DNA of 64,000 nucleotides, taken from NCBI GenBank assembly GCA_001600815.1, contig BCKZ01000002.1, positions 62,001-126,000 on the forward strand. Reading direction: 5' to 3'. This document shows, in pieces, positions 49,831-61,730 of the stretch. This DNA comes from Alloascoidea hylecoeti (Eukaryota). A program made the position numbers and the translations under genes. The notes beneath the pieces were generated by a model. The model made no database searches. It was not told where the DNA came from and saw nothing but the letters and a program-made list of their open reading frames with translations. Each line of letters opens with the position of its first letter. Within the stretch, counting starts at the first letter, position 1.

Positions 49831-50218
49831 GTCTGGTGAGGGCCGAGTGAATGGAGGTTTTAAATTGTGTGTTATTTTTGAAACAAAAACTATAAATATA
49901 AATACATGGCAATGCAAAAGTTATAGTTGCACAGCAGAATTTCAGTTGGATAGCTTCGGATATTTAAAACATTTTAATTTTAGCTAGGAGTTAGGGATCA
50001 CGGAGACTTTGGGAAGGGCCTACTAATTATTGACTGTTATCAATATAAGCAACTAAGTTTGGTGGTATTCTTCTACTACTAATATAAATATATGTTTTGT
50101 CCTGTAGAGATAGTAATAGATACCGTGAAATGTATATTTTCTTTCCTGATAATCTTATAAAGAGTTGCGTATTTACAATTGCGTAAATGATTCAGCTAAA
50201 AATGGGTAGACTTAGCAT

Positions 50219-50662
50219 CTATTTTTCAACAGCAACAACCTCAACCTCTACATCAGCACCCAATGGTAATGCCTTTACCGCAACACAGCTTCTTGCTGGT
50301 TTATGACTATTGAAATATTTCTTATAAACCTCATTGAATTCTCCGAAATTACCCATGTCAGTTAAAAAAGCATTGACTTTAATAACATGATCTAATGAAG
50401 AGTTTGAAGCATCCAGGATACTTTTCAAGTTTTCCAGTACTTGAGTGGATCTATCAGAGAAGGACCCTTCAACCATTTTATTTTCGGGAGTCAATGGAAC
50501 TTGGCCAGACACAAAAATGAGATTCTGTGATTTGATAGCTTGGGAGTAGGCATTAGCGGCAGGGGGAGGAGCTGTGGGTGTGTTAACCGGAGTAAGTGTA
50601 GATTTGAGTCTTAATCCGAGTGAGCACCTTACAATTGACCTATTAACAGAAGTTCTAAGCAT
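50219..50662 (-). CDS. MMF1: RidA/YjgF/YER057c/UK114 enamine deaminase with mitochondrial presequence
   Basis: Arg-rich MLRTSVNRSIVRCSLGLRLKS leader, then YSQAIK..LIFVSGQVP and KPARSCVAVKALPLGADVEVE. Confidence 0.92.
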   Translation of the reverse strand: MLRTSVNRSIVRCSLGLRLKSTLTPVNTPTAPPPAANAYSQAIKSQNLIFVSGQVPLTPENKMVEGSFSDRSTQVLENLKSILDASNSSLDHVIKVNAFLTDMGNFGEFNEVYKKYFNSHKPARSCVAVKALPLGADVEVEVVAVEK

Positions 50663-50676
50663 TTTTGAAGTTGGAA

Positions 50677-50703
50677 AAGAAGAAGAAGAAGAAGAAGAAG
50701 AAG
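50677..50703. repeat. (AAG)9 microsatellite in the MMF1 5' region
   Basis: Nine tandem AAG units. Confidence 0.85.
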
Positions 50704-50743
50704 TAGATATGAGAGATATATTAGATATTAGAACGAACAGATA

Positions 50744-50770
50744 CACGTGACTATATACAGAATGACTCAT
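50744..50770. promoter_or_regulatory. Cbf1-type CACGTGAC and perfect Gcn4-type ATGACTCAT upstream of MMF1
   Basis: CACGTGAC at 50744-50751 and ATGACTCAT at 50762-50770, 80-110 bp upstream of the MMF1 ATG. Confidence 0.6.
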
Positions 50771-50782
50771 CAAATGGGGCTC

Positions 50783-51046
50783 TCAGCTTCCTTTTTGATC
50801 TTTGGTTTCATCCATCGGTTGTAATTTTATGAATTGCTGTCTTAGCCTTAGTTGTTCTTCGTGATCTGCCTTGTTTCTCAACATCCCTTCGGTCATTTGT
50901 GTTCGTTTTTCCAACCTTGCAGCATCTTTCTTAGGACCTTCGTGGAGGGCTTCGCGTTCATTGGCTTGCATGAAGTGAACATATGTGACTGTGGTCGCTG
51001 CCAACAGACAGGTAGCACCAAATGTTATTTTAGAGGCGCGGGACAT
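50783..51046 (-). CDS. PET117: Cytochrome c oxidase assembly factor Pet117
   Basis: MSRASKITFGATC..TVTYVHFMQANEREALHEGPKKDAARL...EEQLRLRQQFIKLQP. Confidence 0.92.
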   Translation of the reverse strand: MSRASKITFGATCLLAATTVTYVHFMQANEREALHEGPKKDAARLEKRTQMTEGMLRNKADHEEQLRLRQQFIKLQPMDETKDQKGS

Positions 51047-51503
51047 GGTGATAATCCCATAGAAATTTCAAGAAGAAAAAGAAGCTGCAAACTCTGGGTG
51101 TGTGGATGTTACAACGAAACTCATTTTTTGTTATAAATCCATTAGTTTGTAGCGATGTTAATAATCCAGCACTTTTATCATGTAGAGAAAAGCAAAATCT
51201 GATTAAATAGACACGAAAATTTCAATTATTTGACTAAAAATACGATCTTTTAAAAAGGGGTCATCCCGGGCTCGATCCGGGGTCGCCTGCAAATGCTGCC
51301 CTAAACAAGAAAGCGAGTGCTTCAGGTACACCCGAAGCAGGCATACTACCACTATACTAATGACCCAAAATTCTGCCCGTTTACTTTGAAGAGCTTGTAT
51401 ATTCACAAAACACATGGTCACGTGCACTCGAGCCAGCAGATTCAATTTTTCACCCCTTTAAAAACAAAACTCAACATTAACATCAACTATTTTTGTTTCT
51501 AAA

Positions 51504-52532
51504 ATGCCAAAAACATCTCCTATTACTTCTGCTATTGTAATCACAGCATCCGTTTCTTTCTTGGCTTATGTTGTCTATTTTGACTATAAAAGGCGCCACG
51601 ACCAAGAGTTCCGTCAAGCTCTTCGTAAGAACGCTAAAAAGTTTGCCAATAAAGATCTTGCAGCTAAATCGAAAGAAAGAAAGCAATTGGTCTTGGATTT
51701 GAAGGCTAGATATGACGAATTTATGTTGACTGCTCCTGCCTTGCCGCTTTCCGCAACAGCTGCCGAAAGACAACAATTTTTCTTGGCTCATGTTTCTGTT
51801 GCTGGTGAATTATTGGAACAGATGGGGAAGGAAATTGACGCTGCTCTTTACTTCTTTAGAGCTTTATGTGTATATCCACAACCATTCGAATTGTTAAAGG
51901 TATTCAAAGAGAATTTGAGTCACTATCCTAATGTTTATGATATGGTTGTTATGTTGATTGCAATTCAACCACTAGAAAGTGAAAATGAAAATGAAAAGGA
52001 AAAGGAAAAAGAAAAAGTTGAAGAAATTGGAGAAGAAGAAGAAGAAGTAAAAGAAGATAAAATAACAGATAAAGCAATAGAAGAAGTGAAAGAAGAAAAG
52101 GTAGAGAGTGAAGAAATTGTTGAGAAAAATAACGAAAAGGAGGAACCTGCTACTGAATCAGAAAAGCCAAAAGACATTGAAGAATCTGGCGAATCTGAAG
52201 AACCAGTTGTTCACTCAGAAACTACAGTAAGTCCGATAGCACCTGTATCACAAGAAAGTTCTGACAATTCCAAAGATGTTGGGGGTGAAGAGAATATAGA
52301 AGAAAAAGAAGAAACTATACAAATCCCGGTCAAGACTGAAGTATCTCCACCTATTGAGGTTGAAGCTCAAGCTTCCAAAGAAGAATCAGCCGTTGAAACC
52401 CCTGTTGTCGCTATCCCAGATTCTACTCTAGATGCCTCTAGTGCATCTTCTAACATAGAGAAAGAACCCGTTCGACAATCTGAGATTTCACCAGAAGAAC
52501 CAAAAAAGACCGCCGCTGACGAACTCATCTAA
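51504..52532 (+). CDS. TOM20: Mitochondrial import receptor Tom20/Mas20 with long acidic C-terminal extension
   Basis: N-terminal TM followed by YVVYFDYKRRHDQEFRQALRK; TPR-like QFFLAHVSVAGELL..AALYFFRALCVYPQPFELLKV. Confidence 0.85.
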   Translation: MPKTSPITSAIVITASVSFLAYVVYFDYKRRHDQEFRQALRKNAKKFANKDLAAKSKERKQLVLDLKARYDEFMLTAPALPLSATAAERQQFFLAHVSVAGELLEQMGKEIDAALYFFRALCVYPQPFELLKVFKENLSHYPNVYDMVVMLIAIQPLESENENEKEKEKEKVEEIGEEEEEVKEDKITDKAIEEVKEEKVESEEIVEKNNEKEEPATESEKPKDIEESGESEEPVVHSETTVSPIAPVSQESSDNSKDVGGEENIEEKEETIQIPVKTEVSPPIEVEAQASKEESAVETPVVAIPDSTLDASSASSNIEKEPVRQSEISPEEPKKTAADELI

Positions 52533-54142
52533 ATACCCCAAAACATACGTTTCTTTTTTATGTTATCTTCTTTGACTTTGTTATTTATTATATTTCATGA
52601 TTATCTTATCAATCGAAATTTTATGATCCAATAAATGTAATATTACTATCAAAAAAAAAGAGAGATAACTCGAAATGAAAGTTTGATATATTGGAGCAGG
52701 GAATTGGGTATTTAAAATTCATCTGTATATATGTCAAATCCCATCCTACAATTGTTTTTTCAAAAAAATCTAAATAGATCCAGATATAACTTATAGATGT
52801 ATCTTTTAATTATTCAGTCGATAATGCTTTTGTATTTAAATTTGTAATTAGAAGTATAAATAAAAAAAATTTAACTAAATATGATATAACTTATAATCAT
52901 AATATAAATAGTATCATAACTTATATATACATAGAACTACTATGGTACTATCATAGTTAACGCTGAATTATTGCAATTGCCTAATTCATGATTGGTACAG
53001 ATGTATTACATTCACAGAACGTAAAATAAAGGCACCATCTTCAAATGTTTGTATAAATTGGATGATATACCATATATAGGCACTACCTATGGGTATCATG
53101 ATAAGAATTCAAAAAAATAAGTATGGGATATCTCAAAAATAATGTTAATTAACTATACCAACACAATATTAGTATAGTAAAATATACAAAATCATAATTA
53201 TAAGCTTATAAGATGATATTCAATAATTAAGTTTGTTATTAGAAATTCGTATAAAGTTTATATAAAAAAACACATTTTAAAACTTTAATATATTTGGCGC
53301 ATATAATGAATACCTTTTTTTAGATAGATTTTTTTCTTTTCTTGAAAACCAAATTGACATTAATAGTAGATGATTAAAATTTTAATTAATTGTTTAATAA
53401 TAATAAAAAACGTTCAAATAAATAATTATATAAAAGATCAAATTAACAAGTTTTTAGTAATAAAAATAGAAAAATTATATATATAAAGAGAAAATAAAAA
53501 TTAGTTTATAATAAAAAGCTAAAGAATAAAGACCAAATTATAAGTTCAACTAGCAATACTGATCTCAAAAAGATTCAACAAGATAAATGAAAAATTAAGG
53601 AAACAAACAATCAAACTAGCGATGGTAACGAGTGTTCTAAAACTATACATGATGAGCATATGAATTTAGAAATGTAATGCCAAAACCTTATTTTTATATA
53701 TATTTATTGTCTATAGCAAACAAATCAATGAAATGCTAAATGCCATTCATTCTTTAAACAGATGTTTTGTATATGAAATGCAACTAGAACAAGTATGCCT
53801 AAACGATTTGTAAACGAGGGTAAATCGACAGCAACGTACTCAAACCAAAAAGTACTAAGAAACCTATACATTCATACATATTGATTTCTTAAAGTACTTT
53901 TGCCAGTTTGCTGCTTATTTCTCCAATTTTTTTGAATTTTTTTTTTGTTGAACCATTATATATGATGTAATTAATTTAACGAGAACAAATTGCGAAAGTC
54001 AAATGTATGCGATAAATGAAAAACAAAAAAATAGACAATTGAAATAATGGTTAAAAAAATAAGAAAATAGAAACTCAATATTATAGATAATTAAGTAGTT
54101 GGGAGATATTAAAATTTTGTAATATAGTGTGGGTAGAGAGTT

Positions 54143-55639
54143 TTAACCACAACAGGAAAATAACTTCGTCCAGAAAGTTTTTTGTTCTTCTTTTGTAGCA
54201 ATCTGTTGTTGATTGTTCATACTAATTTCATTTTGCCCTTGTTTTACGGATGTCTGTAGTTTATTAGTAGGAGGTTGATTACCATACGATTGCCTGCCAT
54301 TACTTTGAGATTTAGATAGGGGTTGTGGAAGTTGTTGCGGTAGTTGTGGTTGTTGTTGTGATGATAACTGTTGACTATTACTATGAGGCATTCCTTGTCT
54401 GAAAGAGGCCTGAGTAGGTGGAAAACCAGTGCCAGAATCATTAGGGGTTATTTTCAGTTGAGATTGGGAACGAGATTGGGTCAAACGTAGATTATTCCCT
54501 TGACCTTGTGCTTGTTTCAACTGGGCGTTCTGCAACATCCTTAGCTGCGATTGTGAGTGTGTTGGCATTCCATTAATGTATTGCTTAGCAACGACTTGTT
54601 GACCATTCTGTTGTTGAGGTGTACCCGACTGTCTTCTGGTTTGTTTTCTAGAATGGTGATGATGACCAGGAGGGTTAGGGTGACCATATCCATGTAAATT
54701 TGGCTTCTTGTTGATGGCATAATCCCAACCTCTACCTCCATTTAGTCTCATCCAATCATATTGACCATCTTCCTTTTCACCGATTTGTTGTAAAGACTCA
54801 GAAAAGAGACTTCTAAGATAATCATAATCAGGAGTAGCATCGAATTTCAAATTTCTCACATAAGATAGATATGTCGCAAATTGGGGTGGGAAACCTTCAC
54901 AAAGAATATCGACAGCAGTAGTTCTCTTTTTTTCTCCAATTTTTTCGTATTTTTGTTTGTTAGTTTGGGCCTTGAGACCTTGCCATGGAAGAGAACCACG
55001 TAGGAAGTACATAAAAACATGGCCAAGAGCTTCTAAATCATCTCTTCTACTTTGTTCTTTACCTAGATGTGTATTGATACTCATATAACGAGCGGTACCG
55101 CTGAGAGATTTCTTTTCTCTGTAAGGAATATGTTGTTTGGTGATGGGATCTCTGTATTGTTTAGCCATACCGAAGTCAATCATATAAATGACATTTGCAT
55201 TGGGAGTGTTTGGTTTACCAACTAAAAAATTATCAGGTTTTATATCTCTATAAATTAGATCATGTTCGTGGACGGTTTGAACTCTTGTGATCATCTGTTT
55301 TGCACACATGACAACAGTCTTAATGCTAAATCTTCTACCGCACCAGTCGAATAAATCTTCAAGACTCGGGCCCAAAAGATCGATGACCAAAACATTGTGG
55401 AGACTTTCCTGGCCAAAGTAATAAGCATTAGGAATACCTATGGAGCCATTCAACTGCTTGTAGCTCCGGTACTCGTCCCGAAGCTGTGGTGACTCAGATT
55501 TTCTTGGCTCGAACTTGATAGCAACCTGGTTCTGGGTGATGAGATTCACACCTTCGAAAATGACACCAAAAGACCCTTCGCCAATCTTTTTCCCAATGGA
55601 AAAATGCTGACCGATGATGTTGGAGGAATGGGAAGACAT
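54143..55639 (-). CDS. YCK2: Casein kinase I, Yck1/Yck2 type
   Basis: [41 protein letters not shown] and EQSRRDDLE motifs, Q-rich tail and C-terminal SCCG lipidation motif. Confidence 0.95.
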   Translation of the reverse strand: MSSHSSNIIGQHFSIGKKIGEGSFGVIFEGVNLITQNQVAIKFEPRKSESPQLRDEYRSYKQLNGSIGIPNAYYFGQESLHNVLVIDLLGPSLEDLFDWCGRRFSIKTVVMCAKQMITRVQTVHEHDLIYRDIKPDNFLVGKPNTPNANVIYMIDFGMAKQYRDPITKQHIPYREKKSLSGTARYMSINTHLGKEQSRRDDLEALGHVFMYFLRGSLPWQGLKAQTNKQKYEKIGEKKRTTAVDILCEGFPPQFATYLSYVRNLKFDATPDYDYLRSLFSESLQQIGEKEDGQYDWMRLNGGRGWDYAINKKPNLHGYGHPNPPGHHHHSRKQTRRQSGTPQQQNGQQVVAKQYINGMPTHSQSQLRMLQNAQLKQAQGQGNNLRLTQSRSQSQLKITPNDSGTGFPPTQASFRQGMPHSNSQQLSSQQQPQLPQQLPQPLSKSQSNGRQSYGNQPPTNKLQTSVKQGQNEISMNNQQQIATKEEQKTFWTKLFSCCG

Positions 55640-57596
55640 TTTTAAGTGCGGTGCAAACGGGAGGTGAGCGAGGAGAAATAAGTTTTGGAAAGCAAAACAG
55701 ACAGGCGAGGAGGAGAGGCGGTGTGCCGAACATCCTTACACACGTAGTATTTACAGCTTTGGGTTCCGACGTGTGCACGTGACCCGTCAGAGGTTAGCAG
55801 GCGAATTTGTGTTCATACAGAATATGCTACACGGTATAGGTAGGTGCCCTTTTCCGGTCGGACTTTGTTTTATACCTATAGCTAGTCCTGGTTTACAATT
55901 ATAAATCTGAAGTTTGGCAATTGATAAACAGACACATGTTTAATCAACGTTTCTAGCTGTTCATATTTATTTTTGAAAAAGTCTAAAGGTTAATTTATCA
56001 CGCTATAAATAATTATAAGCTTTAATTAGGTTATACCAATCATAAAAATATTGCAATTAATATAGTAAAGATTTAAATTTTCCCTCATTGATTATCTTTG
56101 CTTGAATTGTTTTATAATTTTAGATCTGTAATCTCTAATTAGATAATTGTAATATCCGTGGAAAATATTTCCTTCCTGAGCCAAAAACTAGAACACCATT
56201 AACACCTTTAACATTTTCGATGATCATTTTCATCATATTAAAATAATGCACAGGCCTTTAATGGTCCATACGGTTTAGCTACAAAAGTAAAGATCGATAT
56301 AAGATTAATGATATCGATGATGGAGCATTGGAGACTCTTTAAATTTAATTTTCAATATTTTGCTCATTGACCCAATTTTAATACTCTATGACGTGAATTC
56401 GAATATCTATTAATATTACCATATATAATATGTCAATCAATTGCAATATTTTATAGTTAAATAATATTTGTGGAGCTGAACAGCTGAATCTAGTCTTATA
56501 AGCTCAAGTGTTCTATTTATGTTGTGATTGATTGATTTGGAAACTTACGAGCTCCTCGATTCTAAGCTTAATTATAATGATACCTTCTTACCATATAATA
56601 CTTTTTGTTTAATATTGCAATTAATACGTATTACGTATTCAAGTACTAGTTGTGGAGTTGATTCAAATTCTTAATGGAATATCTCATCTCATCATTAATA
56701 TGTGCATAAGTTTAACTTTCACGATCGATATAAATATCAACACCATCGAATTAAAGTTTCTATACACTATCTTATTTACATTAGACATTGCCATAGCAGT
56801 TATTCTATTGAGCTCAGCTTTTAAATGCGGTGTCCTAGTTAAACTCTATAATGTTAATTAATATTAAATGGGAAAGTATCAAGTTGATATCGATTACTAA
56901 CTGAATTAACAATTGCAGCGGATCTAGAGAAGATCAATGGAAATCCATCATAAAGCGCTGTCAATAATTTATACAATTGCAATTAATATTCCAATTAATT
57001 ACAATAATAAATTGAGCATCTAATGTTCCTTTAAGGAACCCAACAAACATTATATAGCAATATATTTATTTGTGATTTAAAAACTCTACACACAATCATA
57101 GATAAGATAATTAAACTTATTTAACAGATAATCAAATTTTAAATTATAAAGTTAAGTTAAATCAAATTTAATATTAATTTATTTTATATTTTTCAAAATA
57201 TTTATACCACAACATATTAAATTTGAATAGTAAGCAATTATAAAAAAAATTGTGAATCATGTCATACAATGGCATAATGATAAAATATAGATAAGTATAG
57301 CAAGATGATGAGAAGTACTAGTTGTAAAAATACTTTAGATTCAATTAGGAGTGATAATACTTTGGTGTATGCAGAAGTAAAACTAGAGTGAAAATTAAAT
57401 ACAGTAATCCCCAATATTATAAGTTTAAATTTTTAAACCATTAAATCATGATCAAAATAAATAAATGAAGACAACAAAAAAAAAAGTATGACAGAAAAAA
57501 AGCATTAAAAACCGAGCATAACGAAAAAAATAAATAATTAAGCATCCGTTCATCAACATGTAATTGTATAATTGTATAATTTGTTAGTTTTGGAGT

Positions 57597-58304
57597 TTAC
57601 AAGACCATAGTTAACCATTTTTGATAAGTTTCAGAAGAAGTTGAGTTTGTCCGGCCGCGGATTATTGAGTATTGAGTTTGAATAGGATTAAGTGGAGTCT
57701 CTGGAGATGAATGTCGCCTCTGTCCTTCAAGACTAACTATTGGCTTCGTCTTTTTATCAAATCCGTAACGTGCCTGTATTGAGGTATTAAAAGTTTTATG
57801 TCTACCATAGGTTGTAGATATTGTTGTGTCAACGAACTGGAAATTTGGATTCAGTTCAATGAATGATGAAAGCCCAAACTCTCCGTCTTCTTCCTCATCT
57901 GCATTCTCCTCTTCTTCGTATTCAAGTAACAGGGATAGAGTGGAGTTTGAAGAAGCAGTGGTACAAGTTGAGCTCGAGAAAGACGCCGAGTGTCCTAAAG
58001 TAGGAATTTCATATAAAGGAGGGTACTGTTCAAGTGCAGTATTAGTGTCTTGCATATAACAATGAGCCTGGGAAGACACCGAGACAGTATCCAGCTGTGA
58101 GTTTAAGGATGCTTGAGGACCTCTAGAGAAGGAAGCTGAAGGGAGAAGTGATGGAAGAAGTGAATTTTGATGACTGGGTATAGCTGTAGTGGACTGATAT
58201 TGTTCTTTTTTCCTACAATCATCGGAACAGTAGGCACAACCAGGAGAACATTGGCGTTCGCATACCATGCAGTAGTCAGGAAAGCAGTTAGAAAGAAGGT
58301 TCAT
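57597..58304 (-). CDS. ECL1: Ecl1-family life-span regulatory factor
   Basis: N-terminal FPDYCMVCERQC..GCAYCSDDCRKKE Cys motif, Ser-rich body and C-terminal YQKWL. Confidence 0.82.
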   Translation of the reverse strand: MNLLSNCFPDYCMVCERQCSPGCAYCSDDCRKKEQYQSTTAIPSHQNSLLPSLLPSASFSRGPQASLNSQLDTVSVSSQAHCYMQDTNTALEQYPPLYEIPTLGHSASFSSSTCTTASSNSTLSLLLEYEEEENADEEEDGEFGLSSFIELNPNFQFVDTTISTTYGRHKTFNTSIQARYGFDKKTKPIVSLEGQRRHSSPETPLNPIQTQYSIIRGRTNSTSSETYQKWLTMVL

Positions 58305-59439
58305 TTTTCGATATTAGTGTGAGACTGAAATGGATACTTTTCAGACGATACTTGGAGGTTTTCAGGCAGTACCAAAGTGTTTTATAGATCCCCAGTCTTC
58401 CAAATTGGAATTTTTGTACGAATAACTGAGGTGGGGAACTTATTTAATATTTCGCAATTAGTTCGCCAGACAACACAATCTCTGCTGCCGATCCTGAAGA
58501 ATATATTATATGTCCACATGTCTCCATTCGAATTCGAGTGTTTCTGCATAAACGTTAACGTTAACCTACGTAATTTAAATTTAAGCTCACACGGCACACA
58601 CGTGCTCTGATTACGTAATTCTATACTTCTATCCAAGAAATGTGTGTTAAGAACCGCGATACCCCCAATAAAAATAAAGGTACGGCATTAAGGTTGTGAA
58701 AACAACCACCCCATAAGGAATGGCATTTTAATTTTAGACACCACGAGCACGAAAAACCATCATAGACGATATAGTACGCTCAATTTCAGCGGCAGCGTAC
58801 CGTGACTCTGGGTGCCTGTTAAAGACATTGAAGAAAAAAAAAAGAGGAAAAGCGGAACGATGAAAAGTTTTTATACCGAAGCTGAAAATTTTGTAAAGTC
58901 GGGTAACCAAACGCTCTTTAGGGTTCTTGCAATTGTAAAGTTATAATATTGTAGTTTATCATCATGTTTTGTCCTTCTTTTATCTAAATATCTAGATATG
59001 ATCAACTTTCGATGCTGCTTTGTTTTAGCTCTAATAATAATTACAACGTTATATTCCAATTGAAAATATTAATAATATAGCCTATAGCAGAGTATTAATT
59101 ATTAAGAGATTAAGCTTTTTTTGATACCAAAGAAAATTTAAATGATTATTAAACAATAATATTAATACTCATGTATCGATATTTTGAGTTCAAATTCAAT
59201 TATTAACTATCAATTGCTATCATATCTATAGTTTTAATTACAAATGTTTCGTATGGATCAACCTCTACCATTTTAATCTATACCTAAATTTATTTACATA
59301 TTTGTCTGCTCAAAGTTTTCTTTAAAGATATAGAGCTCAAGAATACACAACCATATTTTAATACAACAAATGTTAATTTTAATAAAGCTGGTCACATCAT
59401 CAGAGTTCTCCATATCCTATCTCTAATTATCCGATCATT

Positions 59440-60287
59440 TTATTTCTTCTGATCATAATCATGGACATTTGGCATATACTCTTTGAGAGCTGGTGAGAGA
59501 GATGACATGTTAGTATTGTTTGGTATGTTGAGAAATAAGTTTAAGAGCTTACCTGAATCGTCTATAACCCATAAGTTTTGTCCGGAAACTTGACTTAAAG
59601 ATGTTTCCATTTTTACAGTCTTTTCATATTCTGCAATAACACTATCAATATCCGCTATAATTATTAAAAGTTAGTAGGGAGTTTTCATTTGAGAATTATT
59701 TATAATAAGCGATGCATGTGGTAGATTTGAAAATTATACTTACCAGATTCCATTTTAGCATCAGCTAATTGTTTTCGAAGTAAAGCAATATGTAAAAGCA
59801 TTTTCATTTCTCTTTTTTGAATAAAAGCACGTTCTTGTAATATTTGAGTTTCTCGTTTTCTTCTTGCATTATTGAAGGCAAGTTGAGCATTTGATATTGC
59901 CTTGACTTGTAATAAAGAATGCTCATATAATTTCTTCTCAAGAGTTATTCTAGCATTATAATTATCAAATGCCATGTATGCAAATAAACCAAATCCTATA
60001 AGCACAGTTAAATCAAGAAATACCCGTGGTCTATCATGTGCTGGACTAGAATTGTTTCCACTAGATGTATTTTCGCTTGACTGTAACGTGGAAGAAGAAG
60101 GAGATTGTGTTGGGTTGGAAAAATAAGATGGTAAGGGAGGAGTATTTGCATTCCTTAGATAGTTACTTCCACTAACATAGGATCTTTTAATGAGTTTCGA
60201 AGAAACTGAATTTATTGATTTTCCAAAAGAGTATACATTGCCACAGTTTTTGTAGAATACTCTCGGTTTTGTTATACTTCTGAGCAT
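59440..60287 (-). CDS. Uncharacterised protein with predicted mitochondrial presequence and single TM, about 231 aa; exons 60287-59744, 59654-59553, 59489-59440
   Basis: Two introns (GTAAGT..TACTAAC..TAG and GTAAGC..TACTAAC..CAG) keep frame to ...LWVIDDSALKEYMPNVHDYDQKK*. Basic N-terminus, TM LTVLIGFGLFAYMAF, then a coiled coil. Confidence 0.8.
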
Positions 60288-60725
60288 GGGATATATCGGC
60301 TCACCAGATTCAGCGCTTTAAAATCCAGTTATATGATCAAAATGAGTAGGGAACAAACAAATAACAAGTAACAAACTTAAGGCTGTTATTAATTAACTTC
60401 TTAAGTTTAGATGTTCTGTTGGTTGGACTGTTTGGGTAATTGAGCTTACTAAAATCCAAACACCTAAAACCAAAAAACACAAATTTTACAAAAATGGAGA
60501 ACAAAACATCAACTTCTGAAATTATACTCAATATTGATGTTAATAGGATCAACAAGTATAGGTACAATGATTAAAAAAGATCTGAATACGCATTTCTACT
60601 AGTTTAAAGTTGTAAGCAGCAGTTCATTGCGAATTCGTAGAAGAACATCATTTAAGAGGATGGATGAGATATAAAATTAAACTAATAAATTACAAAGACA
60701 TATTTCAGAATTTATTTGTTGCAAT

Positions 60726-61433
60726 TTAATGAGTTGCATGACCAGTTCTTCTGGATTCAGCGATGACACGGGTCATTTCCTCGACCTTACTCTTAGCACG
60801 TCCAAAAGTACCAAGTCTCTTCTTAGCAAGCTTTCTAGCTCTCTTTTCTTTTGAGTTTCTGATTAATTCAATAACACGTCTTTCATAAGGTGAAAATCCT
60901 GAAACTTCACGGACAATATCACGGACGAAGGCAGTTCTCTTTGAGAGTTTTCCCTTGGAGTATGAGATCTTTGTCTTGGTCTCACGCTTGGTGACTTTGT
61001 GACCTTTGTTGATACCGATAGCAAGACCTAAATGTTTATATACTGTTAGTTATCAATTCATAAAGAAAACATGTGTGAGTAGATGAGTAGATGGGTATTT
61101 GGTCTTCTATACTCCTATGCTCTCTTCATACTAAAATATAGGGTTGAAAAACATTTGAAAATTTAGTTGAGAAAAAAACAGTGTCGAAATTTTTCAAAAA
61201 CGCAAATATATTGGTAATAATGCTTTTCATGTAATTGATTGCTGTAAAATCTTTGCATTTAAATAAATATTGTTTTAGTGAAGAGTCTTATGATATTCAC
61301 AGACTATTTTTTATTTCTCTTTATAAGACAATAATTCTCAAGTAGTTGTAATAAAAGACCAATTTAACTAACATCAACACTCTCATAGATGGATATTTTC
61401 CTGTCGTTACATACCTGTCTTTGTGGTAGCCAT
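60726..61433 (-). CDS. RPL36: 60S ribosomal protein L36 (eL36); exons 61433-61415 and 61027-60726
   Basis: [19 protein letters not shown]...[40 protein letters not shown]. The 387-nt intron reads GTATGT..ACTAAC..TAG. Absent from the ORF track. Confidence 0.96.
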
Positions 61434-61586
61434 TTTATTTATAATTGTTCTGATCTGTTAAGAACCAACAAACTTGAAATGTACAAAAGACTTTGAGATT
61501 TGTTCCGTGCTGATGTATACGCGCAAAGCTGGATATTTCAGGCTTTCAGCTTCCAAGTGCAGAAATTTGTGACTGCTTGTAGGGCA

Positions 61587-61612
61587 AGTCACGTGGTACA
61601 TTACACGTGACT
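61587..61612. promoter_or_regulatory. Paired inverted Cbf1-type sites in the RPL36 promoter
   Basis: AGTCACGTG-gtacatta-CACGTGACT lies about 155-180 bp upstream of the RPL36 ATG. Confidence 0.65.
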
Positions 61613-61730
61613 GCTCAAATATCGATATCTGAGTTTTATAATAATATGAATGTATAGAATATAACGTTATGTGATTTATCAATTGTTTAACTATTTACAT
61701 TTAATAATCAATAATGATAGTATAAATTAT

